Positions 52,234-61,740 of a stretch of 64,000 nucleotides of DNA are shown piece by piece. Under the pieces are notes generated by a model. It was not told where the DNA came from, did no database searches, and saw only the letters and a list, made by a program, of their open reading frames with translations. The stretch spans positions 1,053 to 65,052 of the forward strand of contig DASCRM010000017.1 of NCBI GenBank assembly GCA_034406555.1. The letters run 5' to 3'. The DNA is from Dehalococcoidia bacterium. Its GTDB lineage: Bacteria; Chloroflexota; Dehalococcoidia; UBA2979. Position numbers and translations under genes: made by a program. Each line of letters opens with the position of its first letter. Positions within the stretch are counted from its first letter, which is position 1.

Positions 52234-52848
52234 TCACAACGTCCGCAGCTCGGCCCGAAGGTGCCCGGTCTCGTTGAAGGAGATCAGCACCGCGCCGCGA
52301 TCGCGCTCAATCCGTATCCGTGTCAGACCGCAGTTGTGCGTGTCCATCGCGAGCCAGCCTCGTGGGTCGGCACCGAGCGCGCATGCCACCAGATAGCGGA
52401 TCGCGTTGCCGTGGGCGACCACCACCTTCTCGCGCGCCGGGCCGCGCGTGAGCTTGAAGTAGCGTCGGTGCGCGCGGTCGAGCCATCCCGCACAGGCACC
52501 AGCTCGCTCCTCATCCGGCCAGAAGTCGTATCGGTCCTTGAACTCACTGTGCTGAGCGTCCGTCACCGGCGGGATGCACTCTCGGGGCAGGTGCGCACGA
52601 CGAACCGGCGCGTTGAGATGTCGCCGCAACACGGCCTCGGCGGTCTCCCCCGCACGCTGTAGCGTACTGACATGTATCGCCTCGATCGGGCGATCTGCGA
52701 GCGCGTCAGCGATCAGTTCCGCCTGCTCGCGTCCGAGGTCGTTGAGGCGTCCCTGGCCCGGCCCGGGGGCACGTTCGCAGGCACCGTGGCGGACAAGATA
52801 GAACGTGCGCTCCCCACAAGGCTCCCCACTCGCCGCTGACGCTGGCAA
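52234..52848 (-). CDS. histidine phosphatase (phosphoglycerate mutase-like) family protein
   Basis: FYLVRHGA (RHG), STLQRAGETA, VVAHGNAIR. Confidence 0.8.
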   Translation of the reverse strand: MPASAASGEPCGERTFYLVRHGACERAPGPGQGRLNDLGREQAELIADALADRPIEAIHVSTLQRAGETAEAVLRRHLNAPVRRAHLPRECIPPVTDAQHSEFKDRYDFWPDEERAGACAGWLDRAHRRYFKLTRGPAREKVVVAHGNAIRYLVACALGADPRGWLAMDTHNCGLTRIRIERDRGAVLISFNETGHLRAELRTL

Positions 52849-52853
52849 CCAGC

Positions 52854-54284
52854 CTAGCCCGCGTCGAGCGCCTCGTAGTAACTGACGACGCGGCCGAGCG
52901 CTTCCGCGCCCCGCTGAAAGCTGGAGTAGAGCGCGTATCCGCGCCCGGTGATCGCCTCGCCGGCCTTCGTTGCCGCCTCGGACGCCCCACCCGCGGACAT
53001 CACACCGCCACTCGGCGCAAGCATGATCACGGGCTGCCCGGTGCGTTCGCGGTAGCCATCGAGCAGGTCCATCGTCGCATCAAGCCACTTGGGGTCCTTG
53101 TCGTAGCGTTGAGTACGCACCTCAATCGCGATACCACCCTCGATCGCTGGTTCGTCCGCGAGGATGTCGAGCAGCTTCTCGAGGTTCTCCTCCTCGCGCC
53201 CGACAGTCGAGGCGGCGTCGAACGGGTTGCGGTAGGAGCCGCCGATCACCGTGAAGAACTCAGCGAGGCGGTCGTAGGACGCCTGCGAGAGCTCCGGCAC
53301 GGTGAATCCCGCACGCTCGAACTGGTCGGTGATCGCCACCGATTGCCCGCCCGTCATCGCGATCAACGCAAGGTTTCTCTTCGTCGATGGCTTCGTGTTC
53401 ACCAGCGCGGCCATCGTGTCGATCACCTCGTCGCCTGAGTCGACCGGGATCACCCCGACCTGACGCAGCATCCCCGCCCAGACATCGCCCGAGGAAGCGA
53501 GCGAGGCGGTGTGCGAGTGGATCGCGCGCGCGCCGGCCTGCGATCGGCCACCGCGCCACAACACGATCGGCTTCTTGCCGCGCGCCGACTGCAGCAGCTC
53601 AAAGAGGCGGCGGCCATCCTTCGTGCCCTCCACGTACATCGCGATCGCGCTCGTGTGCTCGTCTTCGAGCAGGTATTCGAGATAGTCGCACTCGTTGAGG
53701 ATGATCGCGTTGCCCATCGAGATGCCGCGGCTGACCTTGATGCCCGCCCCCTGCAGCGCCATCGAGAGCCCGATCGTGTGCGTGCCCGACTGCGCGAGCA
53801 CGGAGACATCGCCTTCTTCGCCCTGCTCCAGATCACCGGTGAACTTCACGCCCAGCCGACGGTTGTAGAGCCCCATGCAGTTCGGCCCGACGATCGGCAA
53901 GCCGGACTCCGGCGCCATCTCCGTGATCGCCTTCTGCAGCTCGATGCCCTCTGGCTCATCGGTCTCGGCGAAGCCGGAGGTGAACATGCTGACGCCGCCC
54001 ACGTTCTTTTTGATCGCGTCAGTGACGATCATCGGCGCGATCTGGCGCGGCACCGCGCAGATCACCAGATCGACCTCGCCCGGCACGTCTTCCATCGAGG
54101 TGAAGTTCGTAAACCCCTTCTCCTCAATGCCTTTGATCTCGTTCGGGTCGACCTGCACGGAGTAGAGGTCGCCGGTGAATTGCTTCTGGTTCGTCAGCCA
54201 CTGGAAAGTCGGCCCCTTATCGCCGACGACGACGAGCGTGCGAGGGTTGAGCATGCGTTCCAGGCGGGCGGGATCGACTGGCAT
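52854..54284 (-). CDS. ADP-forming acyl-CoA synthetase, alpha-type (CoA-binding/ligase-CoA) subunit
   Basis: LNPRTLVVVGD..., DLVICAVP, GPNCMGLYN. The start is ATG 54284 inside the 498-aa ORF, 5 nt after the upstream stop. Confidence 0.8.
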   Translation of the reverse strand: MPVDPARLERMLNPRTLVVVGDKGPTFQWLTNQKQFTGDLYSVQVDPNEIKGIEEKGFTNFTSMEDVPGEVDLVICAVPRQIAPMIVTDAIKKNVGGVSMFTSGFAETDEPEGIELQKAITEMAPESGLPIVGPNCMGLYNRRLGVKFTGDLEQGEEGDVSVLAQSGTHTIGLSMALQGAGIKVSRGISMGNAIILNECDYLEYLLEDEHTSAIAMYVEGTKDGRRLFELLQSARGKKPIVLWRGGRSQAGARAIHSHTASLASSGDVWAGMLRQVGVIPVDSGDEVIDTMAALVNTKPSTKRNLALIAMTGGQSVAITDQFERAGFTVPELSQASYDRLAEFFTVIGGSYRNPFDAASTVGREEENLEKLLDILADEPAIEGGIAIEVRTQRYDKDPKWLDATMDLLDGYRERTGQPVIMLAPSGGVMSAGGASEAATKAGEAITGRGYALYSSFQRGAEALGRVVSYYEALDAG

Positions 54285-54288
54285 CGCG

Positions 54289-54984
54289 CTATTCCTCGGC
54301 TGCCAGCACGACGCGGGCATCGACGGCCAGCACGCCGTCGGGACGGGCAATCACGGGATTGAGGTCCAGTTCCGCGACCTCCTGATGCTCCCACGCGAAT
54401 GCGGAGACCAGCAGGATCAGCTGCTCCAGCGCATCGATGTCGGCGCCGGCCTGCCCTCGCACTCCCTCAAGCACGGCGTAGCCGCGGATGTCACGCACGA
54501 GCTGCTTCGCATCGCGCGGCTCCAGAGGCACGATGCGGAACGCGACGTCTTTCAGCACCTCCACGAAGATGCCTCCGAGGCCAAACATCATCACCGGCCC
54601 GAACTGTGGGTCGGTGGTGACGCCGACGATCACTTCGGTGCCCGCCTGCCCCATCTGCTGCACAGAGATGCCATCGATGGCCGCACCGGGCGCAGCCTCC
54701 GCCACCTTCGCGATCATCGTCTCGTAGCCCTCGCGTACGGCGTCCGCATCGGCGAGGTCGAGCGCGACGCCACCGACGTCCGATTTGTGGGCGATCTCGC
54801 CGGAGACGATCTTCAGCACGACCGGGAAGCCAATCTCCTCGGCCGCCGCCGCGGCCTCGTCGGCGCTGGTCGTGAGGCGGGCCCGCGTGACGGCGATTCC
54901 CGCGTCATACAGCAACTGCTTCGACTCGACCTCGGTGAGCAGAGTGCGCCCATCGGCTCGGGCGTCGGCTATCGGATTACTCAC
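54289..54984 (-). CDS. ADP-forming acyl-CoA synthetase, beta-type (ATP-grasp) subunit
   Basis: LTEVESKQLLYDAGI, GFPVVLKIVSGEIAHKSDVGGV, ELDLNPV. Confidence 0.8.
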   Translation of the reverse strand: MSNPIADARADGRTLLTEVESKQLLYDAGIAVTRARLTTSADEAAAAAEEIGFPVVLKIVSGEIAHKSDVGGVALDLADADAVREGYETMIAKVAEAAPGAAIDGISVQQMGQAGTEVIVGVTTDPQFGPVMMFGLGGIFVEVLKDVAFRIVPLEPRDAKQLVRDIRGYAVLEGVRGQAGADIDALEQLILLVSAFAWEHQEVAELDLNPVIARPDGVLAVDARVVLAAEE

Positions 54985-55148
54985 TGGTCACCTCCCTCAG
55001 GGTAGATGCGGTTCGCCCGCAGATGTGGGTCAGATTCCGGGCGCGGCAAGCATAGGGTCGCCCGATCGCACTCGCAACACCAGACAGAGAGGCCGCGACA
55101 AACTCGCAGCGTGACAGGCCGCTATCAGATAACAGAACGTGCGTGCTG

Positions 55149-55166
55149 ACAGAACATGTGTCCTGT
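55149..55166. promoter_or_regulatory. imperfect inverted repeat ACAGAACA-TG-TGTCCTGT (candidate operator), preceded by a direct ACAGAAC copy
   Basis: 7 of 9 positions pair, and a second ACAGAAC lies at 55132..55138. It sits in the relatively AT-rich intergenic region between divergent operons. Confidence 0.3.
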
Positions 55167-55195
55167 GAGGTTCCACGGCCGAACTCACCCGTCAA

Positions 55196-55447
55196 TTGAT
55201 TGCCGCTCGCGATGTGAACGGAACTGTCTACGCGGTCGAAGTGATCCAGGCCGACAGCTGGGACGAGGCGTTCCAGCGCCACGACCGTGAAGCGACCGAT
55301 GTGCGCATCGTGCGACTGCGAGGGGGCCCGCCGCCCGATCCGCTCCCGGCATGGCTCGCCGTTGAGATGCTTCCGCGCCGGGTGGCCGAAGCGACCGCCG
55401 TGTACGCCACCACATCAGCGGCCGCGCCGCTCGCCGCGCCGCTCTGA
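55196..55447 (+). CDS. hypothetical protein (83 aa)
   Basis: TTG start and high GC3 in frame. No family recognised. Confidence 0.4.
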   Translation: MIAARDVNGTVYAVEVIQADSWDEAFQRHDREATDVRIVRLRGGPPPDPLPAWLAVEMLPRRVAEATAVYATTSAAAPLAAPL

Positions 55448-55625
55448 TCGCGCTCGCCTTCACATCGCGGACCCGGTGCGTCGCTCGACGAGTTCATGGG
55501 CGCTGGCGCCGATGCGCTGCGCTGCCCCGACCCCACGCCGGTCGATCGTCGGCGGCGACTGCTGATCGTCCGCGACTTCGTCGCCGGTCACGGCGACATC
55601 CTGCACGGCATCGCCGAGCTCGACG

Positions 55626-56543
55626 GTGAGCTGCTGGAACGCGTCCTGCGGATCGTCTTCGACGACGCCACAACGCTTCGCCGAACAGCTCGCGACCGAA
55701 CGCATCGCCGAGGAGGAGGGTGCACGCGAGGTCGGCGAGGTGCTGGACTTCCTCGCCACGGCAGAGGTCGCAAGCGGGTCGGAACACGGGGAGCTGGCGA
55801 TCGACCGCCGCGTGCTGCGTGAACAGGCCTCGCCGTGGCGCTACCTCGACGGCAAGCCGTTCATCAGCGCACTGGCTGCCGCGCAGGCCGGGCAGCGACG
55901 CTACCGTGTCGCCTACCAGGCGCATTACCGGGCTCGGAGCTCCCGCGCCGACGAGCTCCGAGCCCGGCTCGCACAGTCCTCGCAGGCAGCCGTGGCACTC
56001 GAACGGCTCAACGCGATCCGCGCGCTCGGCCCCCCGGCCGGCCTCGCAGCGCTCTACGCATTCGCCGGGGCGCGCGACGCAGTCGCGGCGCTGCCTGCGG
56101 AGGCTGACGGCGAGGCTCCGATCACGGAGGGCGGCGTGCTGGGCGGCGAGCCAGCGGTCTTCGCACAGGCGGAGGAGGCCGCCGAGCAGGTGGCGCGGGC
56201 TCTCGAGCTGCAGCGTGGTCGACTGGCCTCGCAGACCGTCCGCTTCGTGCTCGAACGCGAGTCAGTGCCATCGCTCGACCGGCTCCTACAGGCGATCACT
56301 GCCAGCGACCTCGGTGGCATCGAACGCGCGCTCGACGACGGGCTGGCGAGGCACATCGACCGCCTGCTGACGGCAGCCGCGACCTCCCCGCTCGGCGAGT
56401 TCGTCGAACGCTACGCCGTAGTCTCCGAGGCGACGATCGATGAGGCCGTCGCGGCGTTCCGAGGGCTACTCGAAGCTGCGATACGCAGCTCCGCTGATGG
56501 CCACGCCGTGCTGCGCGAGGATCGGGAGGGCGCCGTCGCGTAG
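55626..56543 (+). CDS. hypothetical Ala/Leu/Glu/Arg-rich helical protein; possible 5' extension to ATG 55496 through a frameshift near 55667..55675
   Basis: The 305-aa ORF has plausible composition. Frame 55496.. reads MGAGADALRCPDPTPVDRRRRLLIVRDFVAGHGDILHGIAELDGELLERVLRIVFDDA, then switches into the ..QRFAEQLATERIAEEEG frame. An antisense ORF (55460..55759) competes with this call. Confidence 0.45.
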   Translation: MSCWNASCGSSSTTPQRFAEQLATERIAEEEGAREVGEVLDFLATAEVASGSEHGELAIDRRVLREQASPWRYLDGKPFISALAAAQAGQRRYRVAYQAHYRARSSRADELRARLAQSSQAAVALERLNAIRALGPPAGLAALYAFAGARDAVAALPAEADGEAPITEGGVLGGEPAVFAQAEEAAEQVARALELQRGRLASQTVRFVLERESVPSLDRLLQAITASDLGGIERALDDGLARHIDRLLTAAATSPLGEFVERYAVVSEATIDEAVAAFRGLLEAAIRSSADGHAVLREDREGAVA

Positions 56544-56652
56544 CGAGCGCGGCTTCGCGGAAGCCGATGCCGGGCTACACCACTTATCCACAGACATCCC
56601 AGCGCTGTTGATATCCGGCCTGAGCTTGCATCGCGAATCGCCCCGCACGACG

Positions 56653-57366
56653 ATGAACCACATGCCAAGCCGCTTCGCCTCATTCCGTAGCCGCCTGCGG
56701 CACCCGCTCACGGGGCAACGCCCGCCGGCCGCACCCTCCGAGACTGAACTCGCTGAGGGGACGGCAGGCGGTCGCACACCCGCGCTCGTGATTGGCATTG
56801 GCAATCCCGGCGCGCAGTACGGCAACACTCGGCACAACGTCGGCGCGTGGTGCATCGCACTGCTGGCCCGCCGTCACGGCGTACAGCTGCAGCGCCACGG
56901 CGGCGTCGATCGCGCCTCGATCGAGGTCGGCGGTCAGACGCTGCACCTGGCGCGCGTCCGCGCATTCGTGAACGAGAGTGGCCCGCCAGCGGCCGCGGAG
57001 GCGCGCCGGCTACGTGTGTCCCCGGAGCGCCTGCTCTTCGTCTACGACGACATCGACCTCCCCGTCGGCCTGATGCGCATCCGGCAGCGCGGCGGGCACG
57101 GCGGCCACAACGGCGTGCGCTCGCTGATCGACTCGCTGGGCGGCGAAGGATTCGCGCGCATCCGCATCGGCGTCGACCGCCCCTACGACGACGGCGAGCC
57201 CGTCCGCGACCCGAAGCGCGTTGGCCAGTGGGTGCTCTCCGCACCCTCGCCCGAGGAGCGCGCGAAGATCGACGAGGCAGTCGCCCTCGCCGCCGACGCA
57301 ATCGAGGCGTCGGTCGGCGACGGCGTCGACATCGCGATGAATCAGTTCAACCCCGGTCGGGGCTGA
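56653..57366 (+). CDS. pth: peptidyl-tRNA hydrolase
   Basis: LVIGIGNPGAQYGNTRHNVG, FVNESG, DDIDLPVG..R....GG.GGHNG. Confidence 0.9.
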   Translation: MNHMPSRFASFRSRLRHPLTGQRPPAAPSETELAEGTAGGRTPALVIGIGNPGAQYGNTRHNVGAWCIALLARRHGVQLQRHGGVDRASIEVGGQTLHLARVRAFVNESGPPAAAEARRLRVSPERLLFVYDDIDLPVGLMRIRQRGGHGGHNGVRSLIDSLGGEGFARIRIGVDRPYDDGEPVRDPKRVGQWVLSAPSPEERAKIDEAVALAADAIEASVGDGVDIAMNQFNPGRG

Positions 57367-57570
57367 GATTGCTGGACCAGCAGCCCCAACCGGGGGTTGC
57401 AGTGAGTGGCCCATAACCCCCGTCGTGGTTAGCCCGCAGCACGCCGGACTCACTCTGCGCTAGACTCGATCGCGAAGGGCCACCCTCCGTGGGCGGCCCC
57501 GTCTGCGTGTGCGAGTCGAGGGTCTCTGAACCTCAGTCCGCTGCTCACGTCGCTCGCGTCCGTACCGCCG

Positions 57571-60500
57571 ATGGCGGAGGTCTACGCACGCCTGGACTCC
57601 GGCGCTCGCGTCACGCTCGGCACCGGTGATGCGACGAAGGCGCTCGTCGCGGCGATGCTCTGGCGTCACTCCCGCCGCCCGACGCTGCTGATCGCCGCCC
57701 GCGAGGCCGAGGCCGAGGCCTACGCCGACCAGCTGCGAGCGTGGGCGGGCGACGCCGCGATGCACTTCCCATCGCGCGGAGAACTGCCCTACGCCCGCGA
57801 AGATCCTTCCGGCGAAGCCGTCTGGGAACGGCTCGCGGTGCTCTCCGCGATTGCCACCGCCGGCTCGGCCGCGCAGCCCCCGCTCGTCGTGGCGTCGATT
57901 GAGGCGCTCGCGGAACACACGATCGCGCCCGCCGACCTCGGACGCGGGCCCGGCGTAGTGGAGGTCGGTCAGCGCCTGCAGATGGACGCGCTCGCGCTGC
58001 AACTCGTCGAAGCCGGCTACCGCGTCGGGCCGCTCGTCGAGGCGCCCGGCGAGGCCGCGCGACGTGGCGGGCTACTCGACATCTTCCCGCCGGACCGCGA
58101 GCAGCCCGTGCGGATCGAGTTCTTCGGCTCGGAGATCGACTCGATCCGCGGCTTCGATCCGGAGGACCAGCGCACCACGGAGCGGCTAGAGCGCGTGCAC
58201 CTGGGCCCCGCGCGCGAGTGGTTCGCCTCGCGCGAGCAACTGATCCAGCTCGGCGCTCGGCTAGCGGGCAGCGCCGAGCTCGCCCCGCAGCAACGCGACG
58301 AACTTGGGTCGCTCCAGCGAGGCGAGTTGCCTGCGCCCGCGCTCTACGGTCCGCTGGCCTGTAGCTCGACGATCCTCGACCACTTCACCGCCGGCGCGCT
58401 CGTAATCGTCGATGAGCGCGAGTTGGTGACCGCGGCCGCCGCCGACCTCGATGAGCTGGCAACTGAGCGCCGCGACGAGTTAGTCGCGCACGGCGAAATC
58501 CTGAGCAGCGCTCCCCTGCCCCAGGCTAGCCAGCAGGAGATCGATATCGCGCTCAGCGGCCGTTCGCGTCACATCGACCTCGCGCGCTGGGCGACGAGCG
58601 ACAAGCCTGGGGCCTTCCGACTGCCCTTCGCCGTCGCCCATGCCTACGCAGGCCGGCTCGCCGAAGCCGCGAGCGACGTCGGGCGGCAGATCCGACGCGG
58701 CGACCGCGTCGTCGTCGTCACGCAACAGGCACAGCGCTACGTCGAGGTGCTGCGGGAGGCCGGCGTCAAGGTCGCGGTCACCGAGGCGGTCGCCGAGCCG
58801 CCCTCGCGTGGTTCGATCACCCTCGTACAGGGCGCGCTGCCGGAGGGCTGGCGCGTGGGCACCGGAGATGGCGTCGTCTCGCTGGCGACCGATCGGGAAC
58901 TCTTCGGCTTCGTAAAGCAGCGCAGGCGGCTGCGTCGCAAGGCCTCGCACCGTCAGCGCTTCCTCGCGGAGGTGCAGCCCGGCGACTTCGTCGTGCACAC
59001 CGACCACGGCATCGCCCGCTTCGGCGGCATCACCAGACGCGAGGTGGACGGCGAGGGCCGCGACTACCTGGAGCTGCGCTACGCGAACGATGACCGCCTT
59101 TACGTTCCGGTCGACCAGATCGAGAAGGTTTCTGGCTATGTCGGACCGTCGGAGCACACACCTCGGCTGACCCGGCTGGGCACGCAGGAGTGGCGGCGCG
59201 CCCGCGCGAGGGTGCGCGAGGCGGTCACGATCGTCGCCGCCGACCTCGTCCGCCTCTACGCCGCGAGGCAGATGCTGAAGGGGCACGGCTTCAGCCCCGA
59301 CAGCGAGTGGCAGCGCGAGTTCGAGGCGGCCTTCCCATACGAAGAGACGCCGGATCAGGCTGAGGCGATCGTCGCCGTGAAGGCCGACATGGAGGCTCAG
59401 CGCCCGATGGACCGCGTGATCTGCGGCGATGTCGGCTTCGGCAAGACGGAGGTGGCGCTACGGGCCACCTTCAAGGCGCTGGAAGACGGCTACCAGGTCG
59501 CGATTCTCGTTCCCACGACCGTGCTCGCCCAGCAGCACGAACGCACCTTCCGCGAACGCCTCGCCGCCTTCCCCGCGCGCATCGAGGTGCTCTCGCGCTT
59601 CCGCACTGACGCGGAGGCCCGCGATGTGCTCGCCGGGCTGAAGTCAGGCGCGGTCGACGTGGTGATCGGTACCCACCGACTGCTCTACCCGGGCGTGGAG
59701 TTCAAGAACCTCGGCCTCGTCGTGATCGACGAGGAGCAACGTTTCGGCGTGACCCACAAGGAGCGCCTGAAGCGGATGCGGCTGGAGGTCGATGTGCTGA
59801 CGCTGTCGGCAACGCCGATCCCTCGCACGCTACACATGGCGCTGACCGGCATCCGCGACATGTCGACGATGGACGACCCCCCCGAGGGCCGGCAGGCCGT
59901 CCACACCTACGTCTCCGAGTGGGACGACGCGATGGTACGCGAGGCGCTGCTGTTCGAGATCGAACGCGGCGGCCAGACTTACCTGCTGCACAACCGCGTG
60001 CAATCGATCGACAACTTTGCGGAGCGCGTCCGCAAGCTGGTGCCGGATGCCCGCGTCGTGGTCGGCCACGGGCAGATGCCGGAGGGCCTGCTGAAGCGCG
60101 TGATGGAGCGCTTCGCGGTCGGTGAATTCGACGTGCTGATCTGCACGACGATCATCGAGTCCGGCCTCGACATCCCGAACGTGAACACGATCGTGATCGA
60201 CCAGGCCGACAAACTGGGTCTCTCGCAGCTCTACCAGCTCCGAGGGCGCGTCGGACGCAGTCTCCAGCAGGCGTACGCCTACCTGCTGCACCCCCGCGAC
60301 CGCATCCTCACGGAGGTGGCGCAGCAGCGGCTCTCGACGATCTTCGAGGCCAGCGAACTGGGCTCCGGCTACCAGGTGGCGCTGCGGGATCTCGAAATCC
60401 GCGGCGCGGGCAACCTGCTGGGCGCGGAGCAGAGCGGGCAGATCGCCACCGTCGGCTTCGACCTCTACACGAAGATGCTGGCCGATGCCGTGGAGTCGAT

Positions 60501-60987
60501 GAAAGCTGCCCATGAGGGGCGCGCCCCCGAAGCCCTCACCCCCACCCGCCGAGGCACGATCGACCTGCCCGTCTCCGCCTTCATCCCCGAACCGTACATC
60601 GAGGACATCGAGGCGCGGCTCAACCTCTACCAGCGCATCGCCGGAGTGATCTCGGTCGAGCAGGCCGGCACGCTGGCCGAGGAGACAGCGGACCGCTTCG
60701 GCAAGCTGCCCGACGCGCTGCAGCAGCTCTTCGCGCTCGTCCGCGTCCGCCTGCGCGCCGAACAGGCAGAGGTCACCTCGCTGCGGCTCGATGAGGGCGA
60801 CGTGCTCTTCACCTCCGCCGACGAGCACCCGTTCGTCGACCGCCGACTGCCCTCACTGCCCGCGGGCGTGCGCATCGGCCGCACTCAGCTGCGCGTCGCA
60901 CAGTCCGAACTCGGCGAGGACTGGCTGGAGGCGATCGAGGCGCTACTCAGTCTGCTCGCCGTCAAACAGACACTCGTTCCGGCCTGA
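57571..60987 (+). CDS. mfd: transcription-repair coupling factor
   Basis: CGDVGFGKTEVALRA (Walker A), VIDEEQRFGV, LTLSATPIPRTL, the TRG-like region and the conserved pth-mfd adjacency. The N-terminus may extend upstream, where the in-frame codons read SLNLSPLLTSLASVPP without a canonical start. Confidence 0.95.
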   Translation: MAEVYARLDSGARVTLGTGDATKALVAAMLWRHSRRPTLLIAAREAEAEAYADQLRAWAGDAAMHFPSRGELPYAREDPSGEAVWERLAVLSAIATAGSAAQPPLVVASIEALAEHTIAPADLGRGPGVVEVGQRLQMDALALQLVEAGYRVGPLVEAPGEAARRGGLLDIFPPDREQPVRIEFFGSEIDSIRGFDPEDQRTTERLERVHLGPAREWFASREQLIQLGARLAGSAELAPQQRDELGSLQRGELPAPALYGPLACSSTILDHFTAGALVIVDERELVTAAAADLDELATERRDELVAHGEILSSAPLPQASQQEIDIALSGRSRHIDLARWATSDKPGAFRLPFAVAHAYAGRLAEAASDVGRQIRRGDRVVVVTQQAQRYVEVLREAGVKVAVTEAVAEPPSRGSITLVQGALPEGWRVGTGDGVVSLATDRELFGFVKQRRRLRRKASHRQRFLAEVQPGDFVVHTDHGIARFGGITRREVDGEGRDYLELRYANDDRLYVPVDQIEKVSGYVGPSEHTPRLTRLGTQEWRRARARVREAVTIVAADLVRLYAARQMLKGHGFSPDSEWQREFEAAFPYEETPDQAEAIVAVKADMEAQRPMDRVICGDVGFGKTEVALRATFKALEDGYQVAILVPTTVLAQQHERTFRERLAAFPARIEVLSRFRTDAEARDVLAGLKSGAVDVVIGTHRLLYPGVEFKNLGLVVIDEEQRFGVTHKERLKRMRLEVDVLTLSATPIPRTLHMALTGIRDMSTMDDPPEGRQAVHTYVSEWDDAMVREALLFEIERGGQTYLLHNRVQSIDNFAERVRKLVPDARVVVGHGQMPEGLLKRVMERFAVGEFDVLICTTIIESGLDIPNVNTIVIDQADKLGLSQLYQLRGRVGRSLQQAYAYLLHPRDRILTEVAQQRLSTIFEASELGSGYQVALRDLEIRGAGNLLGAEQSGQIATVGFDLYTKMLADAVESMKAAHEGRAPEALTPTRRGTIDLPVSAFIPEPYIEDIEARLNLYQRIAGVISVEQAGTLAEETADRFGKLPDALQQLFALVRVRLRAEQAEVTSLRLDEGDVLFTSADEHPFVDRRLPSLPAGVRIGRTQLRVAQSELGEDWLEAIEALLSLLAVKQTLVPA

Positions 60988-61041
60988 TCGGCACGACGCC
61001 AGATGCCACGCCTGATCCGATAGCCCTGATACCGTAGCGGC

Positions 61042-61740
61042 GTGCCGATCACAGCCGTCTGCTTCGACTTTCAGGACACGCTTGCCCACTACCCGGGCGG
61101 CAACTACGCGAGCTACGTGCAGGCTGCGCAGGAGCACGACGTATCGCTCACGCAGGAGAAGCTGAACATGCGCTCGCTGGACGATGCGTGGAGTACCTGG
61201 CAGACGCCGCTCGGCCCCGACCACTTCGCCCACGCGACGACGGAAGCGGCATGGCGACCGATTCATGCGGGCGTACACGCGCACCGCATCGAGGCGATGG
61301 GCGTCGAAGCCAGCCTCGCGGCCACGATCGCCGATCGCGTTGTCGACCTGCAGGCCGAGCCGGAGGGCTACGCGCTCTTCGACGACACCGTGCCCGCCCT
61401 TGAGCGTCTGATGCACGCCGGTATCGAATCGCTGGTCGTCTCCAACCACATCTGGCGGCTGCCGGAGATCGTCGTCGCGCTGGGCATCGGCTCGCGCCTC
61501 GAAGGTGTCCTCACCAGCGCGCGCGTCGGCTACCGCAAGCCACACCCGCGGATCTACGACGCGGCGCTGCGGTTCGCAGCCTGCGAGCCCTCGGAGATGC
61601 TCTTCGTCGGCGACAACGCGGAGCACGACGTCGCGGGGCCGCGGGCGGCAGGCATGAGCGCGTTGCTGCTCGACCGCGAGGCGGAGACGGACATCGACGC
61701 GGGCGTGATCGCCTCGTTGCTCGACGTGCCGCTCGAATGA
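61042..61740 (+). CDS. HAD-superfamily hydrolase
   Basis: ITAVCFDFQDTLA, VVSNH, KPHPRIY, FVGDNAEHDVAG. Confidence 0.8.
   Translation: MPITAVCFDFQDTLAHYPGGNYASYVQAAQEHDVSLTQEKLNMRSLDDAWSTWQTPLGPDHFAHATTEAAWRPIHAGVHAHRIEAMGVEASLAATIADRVVDLQAEPEGYALFDDTVPALERLMHAGIESLVVSNHIWRLPEIVVALGIGSRLEGVLTSARVGYRKPHPRIYDAALRFAACEPSEMLFVGDNAEHDVAGPRAAGMSALLLDREAETDIDAGVIASLLDVPLE

Noticed and set aside
56584-56592. A perfect DnaA-box consensus TTATCCACA upstream of pth, considered as a possible oriC.
   Set aside because: It is a single box with no cluster of further boxes, no AT-rich unwinding element and no dnaA/dnaN nearby. It is somewhat unexpected in GC-rich DNA but insufficient for an origin call.
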